This document shows positions 12,136-27,546 of a DNA stretch of 64,000 bases, in pieces. How positions within the stretch are numbered: position 1 is the stretch's first letter; each line of letters starts with the position of its first letter. The DNA is from Kofleriaceae bacterium. Its GTDB lineage: Bacteria > Myxococcota_A > Polyangia > Haliangiales > Haliangiaceae. The stretch is taken from assembly GCA_035262925.1 (NCBI GenBank), contig DATFRY010000602.1, positions 3,135-67,134 on the forward strand, read 5' to 3'. The translations under genes and the position numbers were made by a program. The notes beneath the pieces were generated by a model. That model saw nothing but the letters and a program-made list of their open reading frames with translations. It was not told where the DNA came from and did no database searches.

Positions 12136-13218
12136 TCACCGCGCCGACCAGCCGGTGACCTCCTGAATGACCGGCACCAGCGCGTCGGCCATCTTCTGCT
12201 GCGTCACCGGGCCGGGATGGAAGTCGCAGCCGAGGCCGTCGTCCGGGTCCTGCTCGGCGATGTCGACCAGCCGGACTCCGTCGCCGGCGGCGTCGATCAC
12301 CGCCTGCAGATGGGCGCGATGCTGCGCGTGCGCGTCGCCGCCGAGCATGGGGCTGGTGGCCAGGAGGATCGGCGCGCCGGGATAGCGGCCGCGGATGTCC
12401 TCCACGAACGCGAGCAGGCCGTCCTCGAAGGCGGCGCCCGGGTCGCCGACGGAGAAGTCGTTGGTGCCGAGGTCGACGACCACGACGTCGGGCGCGAACG
12501 AGAAGTCCCACACGCTGGCCGCGTCGTCGGCGAAGGTGCGCCCGAACAGGACCGGCATGGTCGCGCTGGTGTCGCCGCCGAAGTTGCGCACAACGCCCTT
12601 GCCCGAGTAGGCGATCGCAGTGTGCGCCGCGCCGAGCGCGCGGGCGGTCAGCGCGCCCCACGCGTCGGTCTCGCTCTCGGTGTCGGCCGAGAACGAGCAG
12701 CCGGGGCCCTGACCGAGGACGCCGTAGCCGCATGTGATCGAGTCGCCGATGAACTCGATGAGGCGATCGGGCGGCTCGCCGGGGACCAGCGCCGCGCCCG
12801 ACAGCCCGAGGAAGCGCGACGGGCCGAAGAAGGACTCGGTGCGGCGGGTGAGCAGCAGCTCGTGCTCGCCGTCGGACAGATCGCCGGCCAGCAGGTAGTC
12901 GTTCTCGCCGGCCGCGGTCTGGAGCGGCGGGCGCGCCTGGCCGTCGATCTCGATCGAGAACCAGTCCTGGCCGCCGTCGTCGAGCCGCACGCTTACCGCG
13001 GTGCCCGAGAAGCGGGCCGCGATCGCGCTGCCGGGCCAGGCGAAGCGGTCGTCGGCGTCGAACCGGCCGATGCGGTGGACCTCCTCGAGCGCGGCGGGCG
13101 CGCCGTCGGCGGACTCGGCGTCGCCCTGCACGACGGCCGGCTCGCCGGCACCTCCTCCGCAGTGGAGCATGCAGGGAAGCAGCGCGGCGGCGAGCCAGCG
13201 GAGGCGTGCGGGACGCAT
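12136..13218 (-). CDS. SGNH/GDSL hydrolase (carbohydrate-esterase-like) lipoprotein
   Basis: Block I FIGDSITCGYG, block III GKGVVRN, block V DLGTNDF, and DFHPG near the C-terminus. An N-terminal beta-sandwich-like region precedes the esterase domain. Confidence 0.8.
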   Translation of the reverse strand: MRPARLRWLAAALLPCMLHCGGGAGEPAVVQGDAESADGAPAALEEVHRIGRFDADDRFAWPGSAIAARFSGTAVSVRLDDGGQDWFSIEIDGQARPPLQTAAGENDYLLAGDLSDGEHELLLTRRTESFFGPSRFLGLSGAALVPGEPPDRLIEFIGDSITCGYGVLGQGPGCSFSADTESETDAWGALTARALGAAHTAIAYSGKGVVRNFGGDTSATMPVLFGRTFADDAASVWDFSFAPDVVVVDLGTNDFSVGDPGAAFEDGLLAFVEDIRGRYPGAPILLATSPMLGGDAHAQHRAHLQAVIDAAGDGVRLVDIAEQDPDDGLGCDFHPGPVTQQKMADALVPVIQEVTGWSAR

Positions 13219-13292
13219 GCGCGGATCGTAATGGCCGGCCCGCGGGCGGTCGCGCGAAATAGTCGCCGCGCGCGGCTCGTTGAAGGCTCACC

Positions 13293-14351
13293 GTGCGCCG
13301 TTCATTGCTCCCGCTCGCGGCCGCGCTCATCACGCTCGCCCTCGCAGAGCGCCCTGCCCGGCCGTGCGCGGCGGTCGCCGAGGCTGGCCGTACCATCGAG
13401 ATCGCGGACGAGACCGCGATCATCGTGTGGGACGACGCGCACAAGGTCGAGCATTTCATCCGGACGGCCAGCTTTTCGGCCTCAGCAGGCGTGGACGACT
13501 TCGGGTTCCTGGTGCCGACGCCGACGCGCCCGGAGCTGGGCGAGGTGCGGCTCGAGCTCCTCGATCGCCTCCACGCGGCGGTGACGGCGGAGCGCGTGGT
13601 CGAGGTGCGGTCCTTTCGCCTGGGCTGCGGGCTCCCGCTCCCCGGGATGGCCAGGGCTCCCGCGAGCGTCGAAGAGCCGCGGGTCCGCGTGCTCGAGCAG
13701 GCGCGCATCGCCGGCTACGAGGCGGCCGTGCTCGACGCCGACAGCGCCACCGCGCTGGCGGAATGGCTGGAGCGCAACGACTACGCGAGCCGGCCCGATC
13801 TGGCGGCGTGGCTCGCGCCCTACGTCGCGGCGGGCTGGAAGGTGACCGCGTTCCGCTTCCGCCCGTCGGTGGAGGGCGTCTTTCCGACCGCGGCGGTGCT
13901 CCTGTCGTTCGCCGCCGAGCGCCCGTTCTTCCCCTACCGCGAGCCGGCCGACGCGACCCCGGGGTCGGCCCGATCGCTGCGCATCTACCTGGTCGCCGGC
14001 GGCAAGATGACCGGCAGCCTGGGCGAGCGGGGTGAGCGCTGGCCCGGTCGGCTCGAGTACGCCGGACGGCTGCCCGGGCTGCGCCGCATGCTGGCCGGCG
14101 TCCTCCCGGACGGGGCCCTGCCCGACCGGCCCTGGCTGATGTCGTTCGTCGATCTCTCGCGCACGCGGCCGCCGGGCGACCTCTTCTTCTCGCCGGCGGC
14201 CGACGCCGCGCCGTTCGCGATCCCGATCGAGGTCGAGGACCGGTGCACCATCCCGCTCGGGCTCCTCGCGCCGGCCGCGCTGATCGGCCTCCTCGGCCTC
14301 GGCCTGCGGCGCCGCCGCGCCCGACGGTCCGCCCGGGTCGCCTCGGGCTGA
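13293..14351 (+). CDS. DUF2330-like exported protein with a C-terminal membrane anchor
   Basis: Signal peptide, then PCAAVAEAGRTIEIADETAIIVWDDAHKVEHFIRTASF, which is typical of DUF2330. C-terminal hydrophobic helix followed by RRRRARR. Confidence 0.55.
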   Translation: MRRSLLPLAAALITLALAERPARPCAAVAEAGRTIEIADETAIIVWDDAHKVEHFIRTASFSASAGVDDFGFLVPTPTRPELGEVRLELLDRLHAAVTAERVVEVRSFRLGCGLPLPGMARAPASVEEPRVRVLEQARIAGYEAAVLDADSATALAEWLERNDYASRPDLAAWLAPYVAAGWKVTAFRFRPSVEGVFPTAAVLLSFAAERPFFPYREPADATPGSARSLRIYLVAGGKMTGSLGERGERWPGRLEYAGRLPGLRRMLAGVLPDGALPDRPWLMSFVDLSRTRPPGDLFFSPAADAAPFAIPIEVEDRCTIPLGLLAPAALIGLLGLGLRRRRARRSARVASG

Positions 14352-14422
14352 CCGGTCGGGGTCGGGCCAGAGGCGCCAAGAAACCGGTTGCCGCGGCCCG
14401 GGGAGAGCTTACCGTGGTCGCC

Positions 14423-14845
14423 ATGTTCCGCGAGGACTACGTGATGCGCCTCATCAAGCAGTTCGCCGCGGCCATCGCCCGCATGCTGCGCCTGCGCGAG
14501 CAGGGCGAGCACCAGGCGGCGCTCGACGAGGCCAGCCGACTCTACGACGAGCTCTTCACCATCCCGCGCGAGGTCACCGACCGGGTGGACACGCCCACCA
14601 TGGCCAGCCTGCTGGGGCGCCCCGACAAGATGCGGGCGGCGGCCATGCTGTTCTGGGAGGAGGGGCACATCTACAAGGCCAAGGGCGATCCGCTGACCGC
14701 GTTCGCCCGCTACCGGCGGGCGCACGAGCTCTTCCTCGAGGCGCGCGCGGTCGATCGTCAAGATGACGACGACGCGGCGATCCTGGAGCTGTCGCGGGTG
14801 GCGCCCGCCCGCGACCTCGATCCGCGCTACCGCCCCGACGACTGA
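14423..14845 (+). CDS. small helical hypothetical protein
   Basis: ATG 14423 within ORF 14243..14845 (MFREDYVMRLIKQFAAAIARML...). Codon bias is consistent with coding. The stop overlaps the next ATG (TGATG). Confidence 0.5.
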   Translation: MFREDYVMRLIKQFAAAIARMLRLREQGEHQAALDEASRLYDELFTIPREVTDRVDTPTMASLLGRPDKMRAAAMLFWEEGHIYKAKGDPLTAFARYRRAHELFLEARAVDRQDDDDAAILELSRVAPARDLDPRYRPDD

Positions 14846-15660
14846 TGCGCCGGCCTGGTCGCCGCCTCGGCCTCGGTGTCGCGCTGGCCGCGGCCGGCTC
14901 CGTCGCCTCGCTCGGGTGCTCCTCGCCCCGTCCGCCGGCGGCGGGCGCGACGCCGACCCGAAGCGATGCGATCGCCGTCCCGCGCGGCGCCGCGCCGGCG
15001 GTCGACGGCGTGGTGGGCGACGCGGAATGGTCCGCGGCGGTCGCCATCCCGCTCGGCCGCGGCGCCATGTTGCGCCTGGTCCACGACGGCGCGCGCGTCT
15101 ATCTCGGCATCTCCGGCGCGCCGGCCGCGCCCGGCCAGGGCTTCGGCTGCGTGATGATCGCCGGGGCCGATCGGGTCCGCGTCCTCCACGCCTCCTACAA
15201 GCTGGGCAGCGCGATCTACGACCGCGGCGCGGACGGGGCGTTCCACCCGCGCTCCACCGACTACGCCTGGAAGGACGCGGCCACCATGCTGCGCGACGAG
15301 GGCTGGATGGCCAGCCTCGCCCGAGCCGGCGACGGCGGCATCGCCCTCGCCTTCCTGGGAGCGGACGACCTGCCGCCCTCCCTCACCTCGTCCGCGCGGG
15401 ATCTGGAGATCGACGCCGACGGAGGCGGCGACGCGCTGTCGCAGGCGATCGCGGTCATCGACTACAACGGCGACGGCTTTCACGACCTCGCCGTCGGCGC
15501 GCCGGAGTCGGGCGCCGACAACAGCGGCAACGTCCACGTGTTCCTCGGCTTCGCCGGCGCCTTCCGCGACGCGTCCCCACCGCGCTCGGTGGGAGACGCC
15601 GACGTCGTCCTCACCGCCGGGCCGATGAGCGCGAGCTTCGGCGGCGCGCTCGCCGAGTAG
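14845..15660 (+). CDS. lipoprotein with an FG-GAP (integrin-alpha-like) repeat
   Basis: Lipobox VASLGCSS. C-terminal IDYNGDGFHDLAVGAPESGADNSGNVHVFLG is an FG-GAP repeat. Translationally coupled to the upstream gene. Confidence 0.6.
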   Translation: MRRPGRRLGLGVALAAAGSVASLGCSSPRPPAAGATPTRSDAIAVPRGAAPAVDGVVGDAEWSAAVAIPLGRGAMLRLVHDGARVYLGISGAPAAPGQGFGCVMIAGADRVRVLHASYKLGSAIYDRGADGAFHPRSTDYAWKDAATMLRDEGWMASLARAGDGGIALAFLGADDLPPSLTSSARDLEIDADGGGDALSQAIAVIDYNGDGFHDLAVGAPESGADNSGNVHVFLGFAGAFRDASPPRSVGDADVVLTAGPMSASFGGALAE

Positions 15661-15799
15661 CCGCGCCGCCCAGCACGACCCGACCCGACGCTGCATCGAA
15701 GCCGGGATGGCGCCCGACTCCGACCTTGCGCGGCGAGTCCGTCGGCGGGCCCGGAACGCACCGTCGGGCGCCGACTCCTGGCGGCTTCCCTTGCCTTTG

Positions 15800-16453
15800 C
15801 TAACCCGCCGGCTCCCCGCGGTCCCGCTCCGCCTGCGCGGTCATGAGCGCCAGCACGTCCGGATCGCCGGGCCCGCCTCGCCCGGCCAGACCGGCGCGCA
15901 CGCGGGCGCGGTCCTCGGGCGAGCGGTTCTGGCTCAGCTTGAACTTCCCCTCCAGCCGATCCACGTCGATGACGATGCCGGCGATGCCGGCCAGCAGGCG
16001 GTCCACGAACCCGGGCTCGGTCGCCTCCGGCCGCCACGGCGCCGCCGCGCCCGCCTCGAAGCGCGCGCTCAGCTCGCCGACCAGCGCGCGCAGCTCGCCG
16101 GCCTCCATGACCCGCGCCGGCCCGCTCGCGTGGACGACCGCGTAGTTCCAGGTCGGCACCTGGCGCGCCGGCTCGCCGTACCAGCGCGGCGTCACGTAGC
16201 AGTGCGGCCCGTGAAACACCGCGGTCATGCGCCGCCGCTCCGACGCGAGCCGGGCCAGCGCGTTGGCGCGCGCCACGTGCAGGCGAACGCGCGCGCACGC
16301 CTCGTCGACCAGGCACGGGACGTGCGCGATCTCCGGCCCGCCCGCCGGCTCGTCGCCGCCGCCCACGGCCACCACGGTGGCGAAGGGATTCTCGTCGCAC
16401 AGCGCCCTCGAGCGGGCGCGGTCGTCCTCGGCGAACATCCGCGGCAGGTACAT
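15800..16453 (-). CDS. FMN-binding negative transcriptional regulator, PaiB family
   Basis: MYLPRMFAEDD...HVPCLVDE...HGPHCYVTPRWY...PTWNYAVVHASG...LEGKFKLSQNR matches the PaiB family along its whole length. Confidence 0.8.
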   Translation of the reverse strand: MYLPRMFAEDDRARSRALCDENPFATVVAVGGGDEPAGGPEIAHVPCLVDEACARVRLHVARANALARLASERRRMTAVFHGPHCYVTPRWYGEPARQVPTWNYAVVHASGPARVMEAGELRALVGELSARFEAGAAAPWRPEATEPGFVDRLLAGIAGIVIDVDRLEGKFKLSQNRSPEDRARVRAGLAGRGGPGDPDVLALMTAQAERDRGEPAG

Positions 16454-16536
16454 GTCCGTGACTATGGAACGGCGGCCGCCGGCTGGCCATCCGCTTCGCC
16501 TGGCCGGGTCGCAGGCTCGGCTATAGTCGCGCGGCG

Positions 16537-18057
16537 ATGACGTCGCCCACCGCAGGCGTTCGACTCGGCGAGGCGTCGGGGCGCTGGGTGATCCTGGCGG
16601 CCGTGCTCGGCTCCGGGATGGCGATGCTCGACGCCACCGTGGTCAACGTGGCGCTGCCGGCGCTCGGCCACGACCTCGGCGCCGGGCTCGACGGTCTGCA
16701 GTGGACGCTCAACGGATACACGCTCACGCTCGCGTCGTTCATCCTGCTGGGCGGATCGCTCGGCGACCGCTTCGGGCGGCGGCGCGTCTTCGTGATCGGG
16801 ACGGTGTGGTTCGCCGCCGCCTCGCTCCTGTGCGGCGCCGCGCCCACCATCGAGCTCCTGGTCGCCGCTCGCGCCCTGCAGGGCGTCGGCGGCGCGCTGC
16901 TCACGCCCGGCAGTCTGGCGATGATCGCCGGCCTGTTCCGGGGCGAGGAGCGCGGCCGCGCGATCGGCCTCTGGTCGGGGTTCGGCGGCCTCGCAGGCGC
17001 GGTCGGGCCGTTCGTGGGCGGGTGGCTCATCGGCTCGGTCGGCTGGCGGTGGATCTTCCTCGTCAACCTGCCGCTGGCGGTGGCGGTGGTCCTCGTCGCG
17101 CAGCGCCACGTGCCGGAGACCGCCGATCCGGACGCGAGCAAGAGCCTCGACGGCGGCGGGGCGGCCCTCGGCGCGATCGGGCTGGGCGGCCTCACCTACG
17201 CGCTCGTGCGCGCCGGCGAGGACGGCCTGGCCCCGGCGGTCATCGCCTCCGGGGCGATCGGCATCGCCGCCCTCCTCGGCTTCGTCCTGTTCGAGCGGCG
17301 CACCCGCCACCCGATGCTGCCGCTCGGCCTCTTCGCGTCGCGGCAGTTCGCGGCCGCCAACGCGGTCACCTTCCTGGTCTACGGTGCGCTCGGCGGCATC
17401 TTCTTCCTGTTCGTGGTGCAGCTCCAGGTGGTCGGCGGCTTCTCGCCGGTGCTGGCGGGCGCGTCGCTCCTGCCCATCACGGCGATGATGCTCCTCCTGT
17501 CCGGCACGGCCGGCGCGCTGGCGGAGCGGATCGGCCCGCGCCTGCCCATGGCCGCCGGTCCGGCGCTGAGCGCCTGCGGCGTGGCCCTCATGCTCCGCAT
17601 CGGAGCGCGCCCGTCCTTCCTGGCCGACGTCCTGCCGGCGGTCACGGTCTTCGGGCTCGGCCTCGCGATCAGCGTCGCGCCGCTCACCGCGACGGTCCTG
17701 GGCGCCGCCGACGCCCGCTTCGCCGGCATCGCCTCCGGCGTCAACAACGCGGTCGCGCGCGCCGCCGGCCTCCTCGCCGTCGCCGTGCTGCCGCTCGCGG
17801 CCGGCCTGCACGGCGACGCCTACCGGCGCCCCGACGCCTTCGCCGGCGGCTTCAGGCTCGCCGCCCTGATCTGCTGCGCCCTCCTCGCCTCCGCCGGCCT
17901 CCTCGCGGCCATCGCGATCCGGAACCGCGCGACGGGCGGCGTGGCGGCCGCGCCCGAGGCCACCTCCGCCTCGGGCGGCCCGTCGCGCCTCCACTGCCCG
18001 GTGGCCGGCCCCGCGCTCCATCTACCTCCGGAGACGCCGGCGCGCGCAGGCTCGTGA
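16537..18057 (+). CDS. MFS transporter, DHA2 (EmrB/QacA-like, 14-TMS) family
   Basis: LGSGMAMLDATVVNVALPALGHDLGAGLDGLQWTLNGYTLTLASFILLGGSLGDRFGRRRVF, followed by repeated hydrophobic segments over 506 aa. Confidence 0.9.
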   Translation: MTSPTAGVRLGEASGRWVILAAVLGSGMAMLDATVVNVALPALGHDLGAGLDGLQWTLNGYTLTLASFILLGGSLGDRFGRRRVFVIGTVWFAAASLLCGAAPTIELLVAARALQGVGGALLTPGSLAMIAGLFRGEERGRAIGLWSGFGGLAGAVGPFVGGWLIGSVGWRWIFLVNLPLAVAVVLVAQRHVPETADPDASKSLDGGGAALGAIGLGGLTYALVRAGEDGLAPAVIASGAIGIAALLGFVLFERRTRHPMLPLGLFASRQFAAANAVTFLVYGALGGIFFLFVVQLQVVGGFSPVLAGASLLPITAMMLLLSGTAGALAERIGPRLPMAAGPALSACGVALMLRIGARPSFLADVLPAVTVFGLGLAISVAPLTATVLGAADARFAGIASGVNNAVARAAGLLAVAVLPLAAGLHGDAYRRPDAFAGGFRLAALICCALLASAGLLAAIAIRNRATGGVAAAPEATSASGGPSRLHCPVAGPALHLPPETPARAGS

Positions 18058-18149
18058 GGCGATGCACAGGTGGACCCGCTGGTCCACTCGCGACGGGTCC
18101 GGGCTGGATTTCCGTCCACGCACCACCGCGAGAGCTATTCTCGCCGCGC

Positions 18150-20087
18150 ATGTGCACCGGCTCATCCGCCCGACTCGTCTCCGCCGTGTCTTCGATGGTC
18201 GCCCTCGCCGTATCGGGCGCCTGCGGAGACAACCTCTCAGGGGTCGAGGACGGCGAGGGCGGCGGGCGCGCCGACGCGGGCCAGCAGCAGCCCGCGGAGC
18301 CGATCCTGTCGCACGAGCCGGCGTGGATCGCGCGCGGCCAGGATGGCGAGGAGTGCTTCGGCAGCTCCTCCGCCATCGCCGATCTCGACGGCGATGGCCG
18401 GAGCGATCTCGTGGTCGGCATCCCGCGCTGCCAGACGGCGCCCGCCGACAAGGTCGCCGTCTTCCGCGGGGCCGAGAGCGCGCTGCTGGAGGACGAGGGC
18501 ACGCGCGCGCAGCTCGACTGGGAGAACGAGAACCCGGTGCCCTTCAACGTCGCGCTGCGCATCGCCACCGGCGACGTCGACGGCGACCGGCGCGCCGACG
18601 TGCTGCTGAGCACGCGCGACGGGGCGGCCCTGTACCGCGGCGACCAGGACCTCGCCGCCATGTTCGCGCAGCCGCACTTCCGCCTGCCCGGCGAGAACTT
18701 CGGCCCCGCGCTCCTGGCCGACCTCGACGGCGACGGGCGCGACGACATCGCCGCCAGGATCGGCGGCGAGACCACCGTCTTCCTGACCACCGACGGGGAC
18801 CAGGGCCCCGTGTTCACGCAGACCCGGACGCTGACCGCCACCCCGGGCGGCGCCGGCGACGTCGACGCCGACGGCAAGGACGATCTGTTCGTCGAGGCCC
18901 CGGACGGGACGGTCCAGCTCTACCTGGGCTGTGACGGCGAGCTGCCGGCATGCGACGGCGGCCTGGGCAGCGAGCCGGCCTGGAGCGTGGTCGGCTCGCT
19001 GCAGGGCGCCGGCATGGACATCGACGGCGACGGCCGCGCCGACGCCGTCCTCGGCGACTTCGGCCGCATCGCCGTCCACCTCACGAGCCAGGCGGACGAC
19101 CTGCTGCCCGATTCGCCCGGCTGGGAGGAGCAGGGCGACGCCAACTTCCTCGGTTTCGGTCGGTCCATCGCCGCGCCGGTCGGCCTGCTCGGCAGCGGCA
19201 GGCAGCTCCTGGTCGGTGCGACGGCGCGGGTCTATCTCTATCGCGTGCCGGAGGGCCCGTTCGACGATCTGGCCCCGGTGTGGGCCTTCCCGGAGCCCGA
19301 CAGGCTGACGGCCGACTGGCCGATCGATCTCAACTTCGCCGTGGTCGCCGCCGGCGACCTCGACGCCGACGGATACCAGGACTTCGTGGTGTCCGGCTCC
19401 TCGCTGACCGGCGGCGTGGCCATGGTGTTCACCGGCGGCGCGCTGCCCGACGACGCACCGGCGCCCTCCATCCCGGAGGCGCTCGCGTGCGGGCCGCTGA
19501 CCGGCGGCACGGCCGATCTCACCGTCGACGCCGACGTGATGGCCCGCTCGCTCCTGATCACGACCGAGCCGTTCGCGGAGGACTCCTGCGAGGTGAGGGA
19601 GGCCTGCGTGAACGCGCCCGGCGATCGCAAGCTGCTCCGCTTCAGCGTGTCCATCGAGAACCTCGGCGCGGGCGACGCGATCGTGCCGGGGCCGGAGGAG
19701 GCGCCCGACCTCTACCAGTTCGACGAGTGCCACGGGCACGATCACCTGATCGGCTTCTCCAGCTACCGCCTGGTCGGCGCCGACGGCACCGAGGTGATGG
19801 GGCACAAGCAGGGCTACTTCATGGTCGACGTCGCGCCCTACTGCGCCGAGAGCGGCCCCCCGGTCGACCACTTCCCGTCGCAGGGGGTCTCGGCCGGCTG
19901 GTCGGACGTGTACATCGCCGACTACCCCTGCCAGTGGATCGACATCACCGGCGTGCCGGACGGCACCTACGAGCTGCACGTGAGCGTCGACGACGCCGAC
20001 GTCGTTCCGGAGGCGGACCAGCTGCCCAACGAGGTGGCCATCAGCGTGAGGATCGCCGGCGACCAGGTCACGGTGCCCCGGCGCTGA
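18150..20087 (+). CDS. lipoprotein: FG-GAP/VCBS repeat region fused to a C-terminal lysyl-oxidase (LOX) catalytic domain
   Basis: In-frame ATG 18150 of ORF 16701..20087 (lipobox LAVSGACG). There are at least five D-x-D-G-D-G-x-x-D repeats. The C-terminus aligns with animal LOX: RKLLRFSVSIENLG, copper site CHGHDH (19728-19745), GHKQGYFMVD (Lys codon 19806-19808), SDVYIADYPCQWIDITGVPDGTYELHVSVD (Tyr codon 19911-19913). Confidence 0.8.
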   Translation: MCTGSSARLVSAVSSMVALAVSGACGDNLSGVEDGEGGGRADAGQQQPAEPILSHEPAWIARGQDGEECFGSSSAIADLDGDGRSDLVVGIPRCQTAPADKVAVFRGAESALLEDEGTRAQLDWENENPVPFNVALRIATGDVDGDRRADVLLSTRDGAALYRGDQDLAAMFAQPHFRLPGENFGPALLADLDGDGRDDIAARIGGETTVFLTTDGDQGPVFTQTRTLTATPGGAGDVDADGKDDLFVEAPDGTVQLYLGCDGELPACDGGLGSEPAWSVVGSLQGAGMDIDGDGRADAVLGDFGRIAVHLTSQADDLLPDSPGWEEQGDANFLGFGRSIAAPVGLLGSGRQLLVGATARVYLYRVPEGPFDDLAPVWAFPEPDRLTADWPIDLNFAVVAAGDLDADGYQDFVVSGSSLTGGVAMVFTGGALPDDAPAPSIPEALACGPLTGGTADLTVDADVMARSLLITTEPFAEDSCEVREACVNAPGDRKLLRFSVSIENLGAGDAIVPGPEEAPDLYQFDECHGHDHLIGFSSYRLVGADGTEVMGHKQGYFMVDVAPYCAESGPPVDHFPSQGVSAGWSDVYIADYPCQWIDITGVPDGTYELHVSVDDADVVPEADQLPNEVAISVRIAGDQVTVPRR

Positions 20088-20138
20088 GCGCGCCGGCCGA
20101 CGGGCGCCCCCGCCGCACCGTCTCCAGGCGCCAGGCGA

Positions 20139-21596
<1,458 letters not shown>

Positions 21597-21882
21597 CGGC
21601 CCCGACACGCCGACATCTATACGCCCAAACCCGCGACGAGGGCAGAAGAACCGCGATCCGGGGGGACCTCCCGGCCGCGACGGATGCCATGCCGCGCCTC
21701 CGTTGACCCCGCGATCGCCGCATGTCACATGAACGGGGAAGCGTTCGCGCGTGTGCCCGAGCGTCCAGAGCCGTGTCGATGGGGCCACGGAAGACGCGAG
21801 GTGGGTGACAGTTCCGGGATCAGGCTGAGCCCCAGAGCCTGCGGCCGCTGCCCCGAACGGCCCGACGGCGAGGTGGAGGACC

Positions 21883-26148
<4,266 letters not shown>

Positions 26149-26167
26149 CACCGGCCCGCGCGGCGAT

Positions 26168-27001
26168 TCACGCGCCGGCGTGCTGGCGCCACTGCCAGTG
26201 CTGGCGCAGCGTCTTGACGACGCCCTTCATGTAGCTCTCGATCTTCTGGGCCACGTACGGGCGCTGCTCGGGGACGAAGTCGGCCTCGACGGAGAGCCGG
26301 GTGGTCCAGTAGCCCCGCGCGGTGGCCTCGTACTCGCGCAGGAGGGCGAGCGGCACGTCGTTGCGGTCGCGGTACTGGTGGATGGTCGTGAGCGCGCGGG
26401 TCATCGACTCCCACAGCGGCAGCGCCTGGCGCTCGGCCATGTGCATGCCGCCGACCGAGGCGAACGCGCGCAGCGCCTGCCCGGGCTCGATCGTGTTCAC
26501 CGCCCGGCAGTAGCCGCACTCGACGTTGAGCGCCATGCCGGACAGCTGGATGCGGTCGAGCGGCGCGCCGCAGTGGGTGCACGCCCGCGTGCGCGCGTCG
26601 GCCGCGATCGCGCGCTGGCGCATGATCTCGGCGGCGGCGGCCAGGGTGAGGCGGTACGCCCGCGTGTAGCGGATCTCGATCTCGCCGGTCGCCCGGTCGC
26701 GCTTGGCGCCCTCCTGGAACATGAGGCCCTCGGGCAGGCCGTCGGCGGCGGAGAGCTCGTCGCTGATCCGGTTCCAGGCGTCCGCGATCTGATCGCGGTG
26801 CTGGTGCATCTGGTGCTCGACCGCGCCCCACGGCTGCACGAGCGGCGTGAGGTCGGAGCCGATGCGCAGGATCACGGCCTGGCTGCCGGCGGCCGCCTCG
26901 GCCAGGATCGCGTCGACCCGCGCCAGCACGTCGGCGATGATCGCATTCCATCGCTCGATGATTCGCTGCGCCTGCATGTGTGGCTGCATGTGCATATGCA
27001 T
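26168..27001 (-). CDS. hypothetical protein with a central zinc ribbon (X3)
   Basis: ORF 26168..27001. His/Met-rich N-terminus MHMHMQPHMQ. CTHCGAPLDRIQLSGMALNVECGYC zinc ribbon. ATG lies 9 nt after the upstream stop. Confidence 0.55.
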   Translation of the reverse strand: MHMHMQPHMQAQRIIERWNAIIADVLARVDAILAEAAAGSQAVILRIGSDLTPLVQPWGAVEHQMHQHRDQIADAWNRISDELSAADGLPEGLMFQEGAKRDRATGEIEIRYTRAYRLTLAAAAEIMRQRAIAADARTRACTHCGAPLDRIQLSGMALNVECGYCRAVNTIEPGQALRAFASVGGMHMAERQALPLWESMTRALTTIHQYRDRNDVPLALLREYEATARGYWTTRLSVEADFVPEQRPYVAQKIESYMKGVVKTLRQHWQWRQHAGA

Positions 27002-27010
27002 CCTCCTCTC

Positions 27011-27538
27011 TCAGCCAGCCGGGAAGAACGGCGTCCCGCAGTAGCCGCAGCGGCCGTACAGGCTCTCGCGCTGCCTCGGCGCGCCGCACGAGCGGCAGGT
27101 GAGGACCGCCACCGACGGGCCGGACCCGGCCGGCGAGTCCGGCCGCGCCGGCAGGCCGGCCGCCGCGCGCGCGAACAGCGAGCCCAGGTCCATCGTCGGC
27201 GTCACCCGCGCGATGTACGCCTCGGTCTCGTCCCGCACGAAGTCGACCAGGCGCCGGCGGCGGAAGTCCCACATCGCCTCGCTCTCGCCCGGGTGCTCCG
27301 GCGGGAGCCGCGCCTCGAACGCGGCCTCGAGCGCGAGCAGCACCTGGCGCACGTCCGACGGATGGGCCGCGTCACCGACGTGCGGCGCGGAGGCCGGCGC
27401 CTCAGGGATCCAGGCCCGCCGCAGCCCGTCCCACTCCGCCGGATGCCGGCCAGCCGCCGCGGCGGTGGCGAGGATGTGGCTCAGCCAGCGCTCGAACTCG
27501 ATCGCGAGGGCGTCGCCCCCTCCGGGCACGTCGCTCAC
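27011..27538 (-). CDS. hypothetical protein with a C-terminal zinc ribbon (X2)
   Basis: GTG 27538 in ORF 27011..28171, 8 nt after the upstream stop. The C-terminal CRSCGAPRQRESLYGRCGYCGTPF has the same CxxCGAP...CGYC pattern as X3. The start is uncertain. Confidence 0.45.
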   Translation of the reverse strand: MSDVPGGGDALAIEFERWLSHILATAAAAGRHPAEWDGLRRAWIPEAPASAPHVGDAAHPSDVRQVLLALEAAFEARLPPEHPGESEAMWDFRRRRLVDFVRDETEAYIARVTPTMDLGSLFARAAAGLPARPDSPAGSGPSVAVLTCRSCGAPRQRESLYGRCGYCGTPFFPAG

Positions 27539-27546
27539 GCCGGCGC

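Noticed and set aside
8251-13708. Long ORFs 8251..10515(-), 8940..10220(+), 10741..13584(+) and 12035..13708(-).
   Set aside because: They are Arg/Ala/Gly-rich shadows. They overlap frames that have signal peptides, lipoboxes and recognisable domains (PEGA, SGNH).
16701-18149. N-terminal 483-codon extension of the LOX ORF overlapping the MFS transporter gene.
   Set aside because: The extension is Arg/Pro-rich nonsense lying out of frame over a clear 14-TMS transporter. The real gene starts at ATG 18150, which gives a lipoprotein signal.
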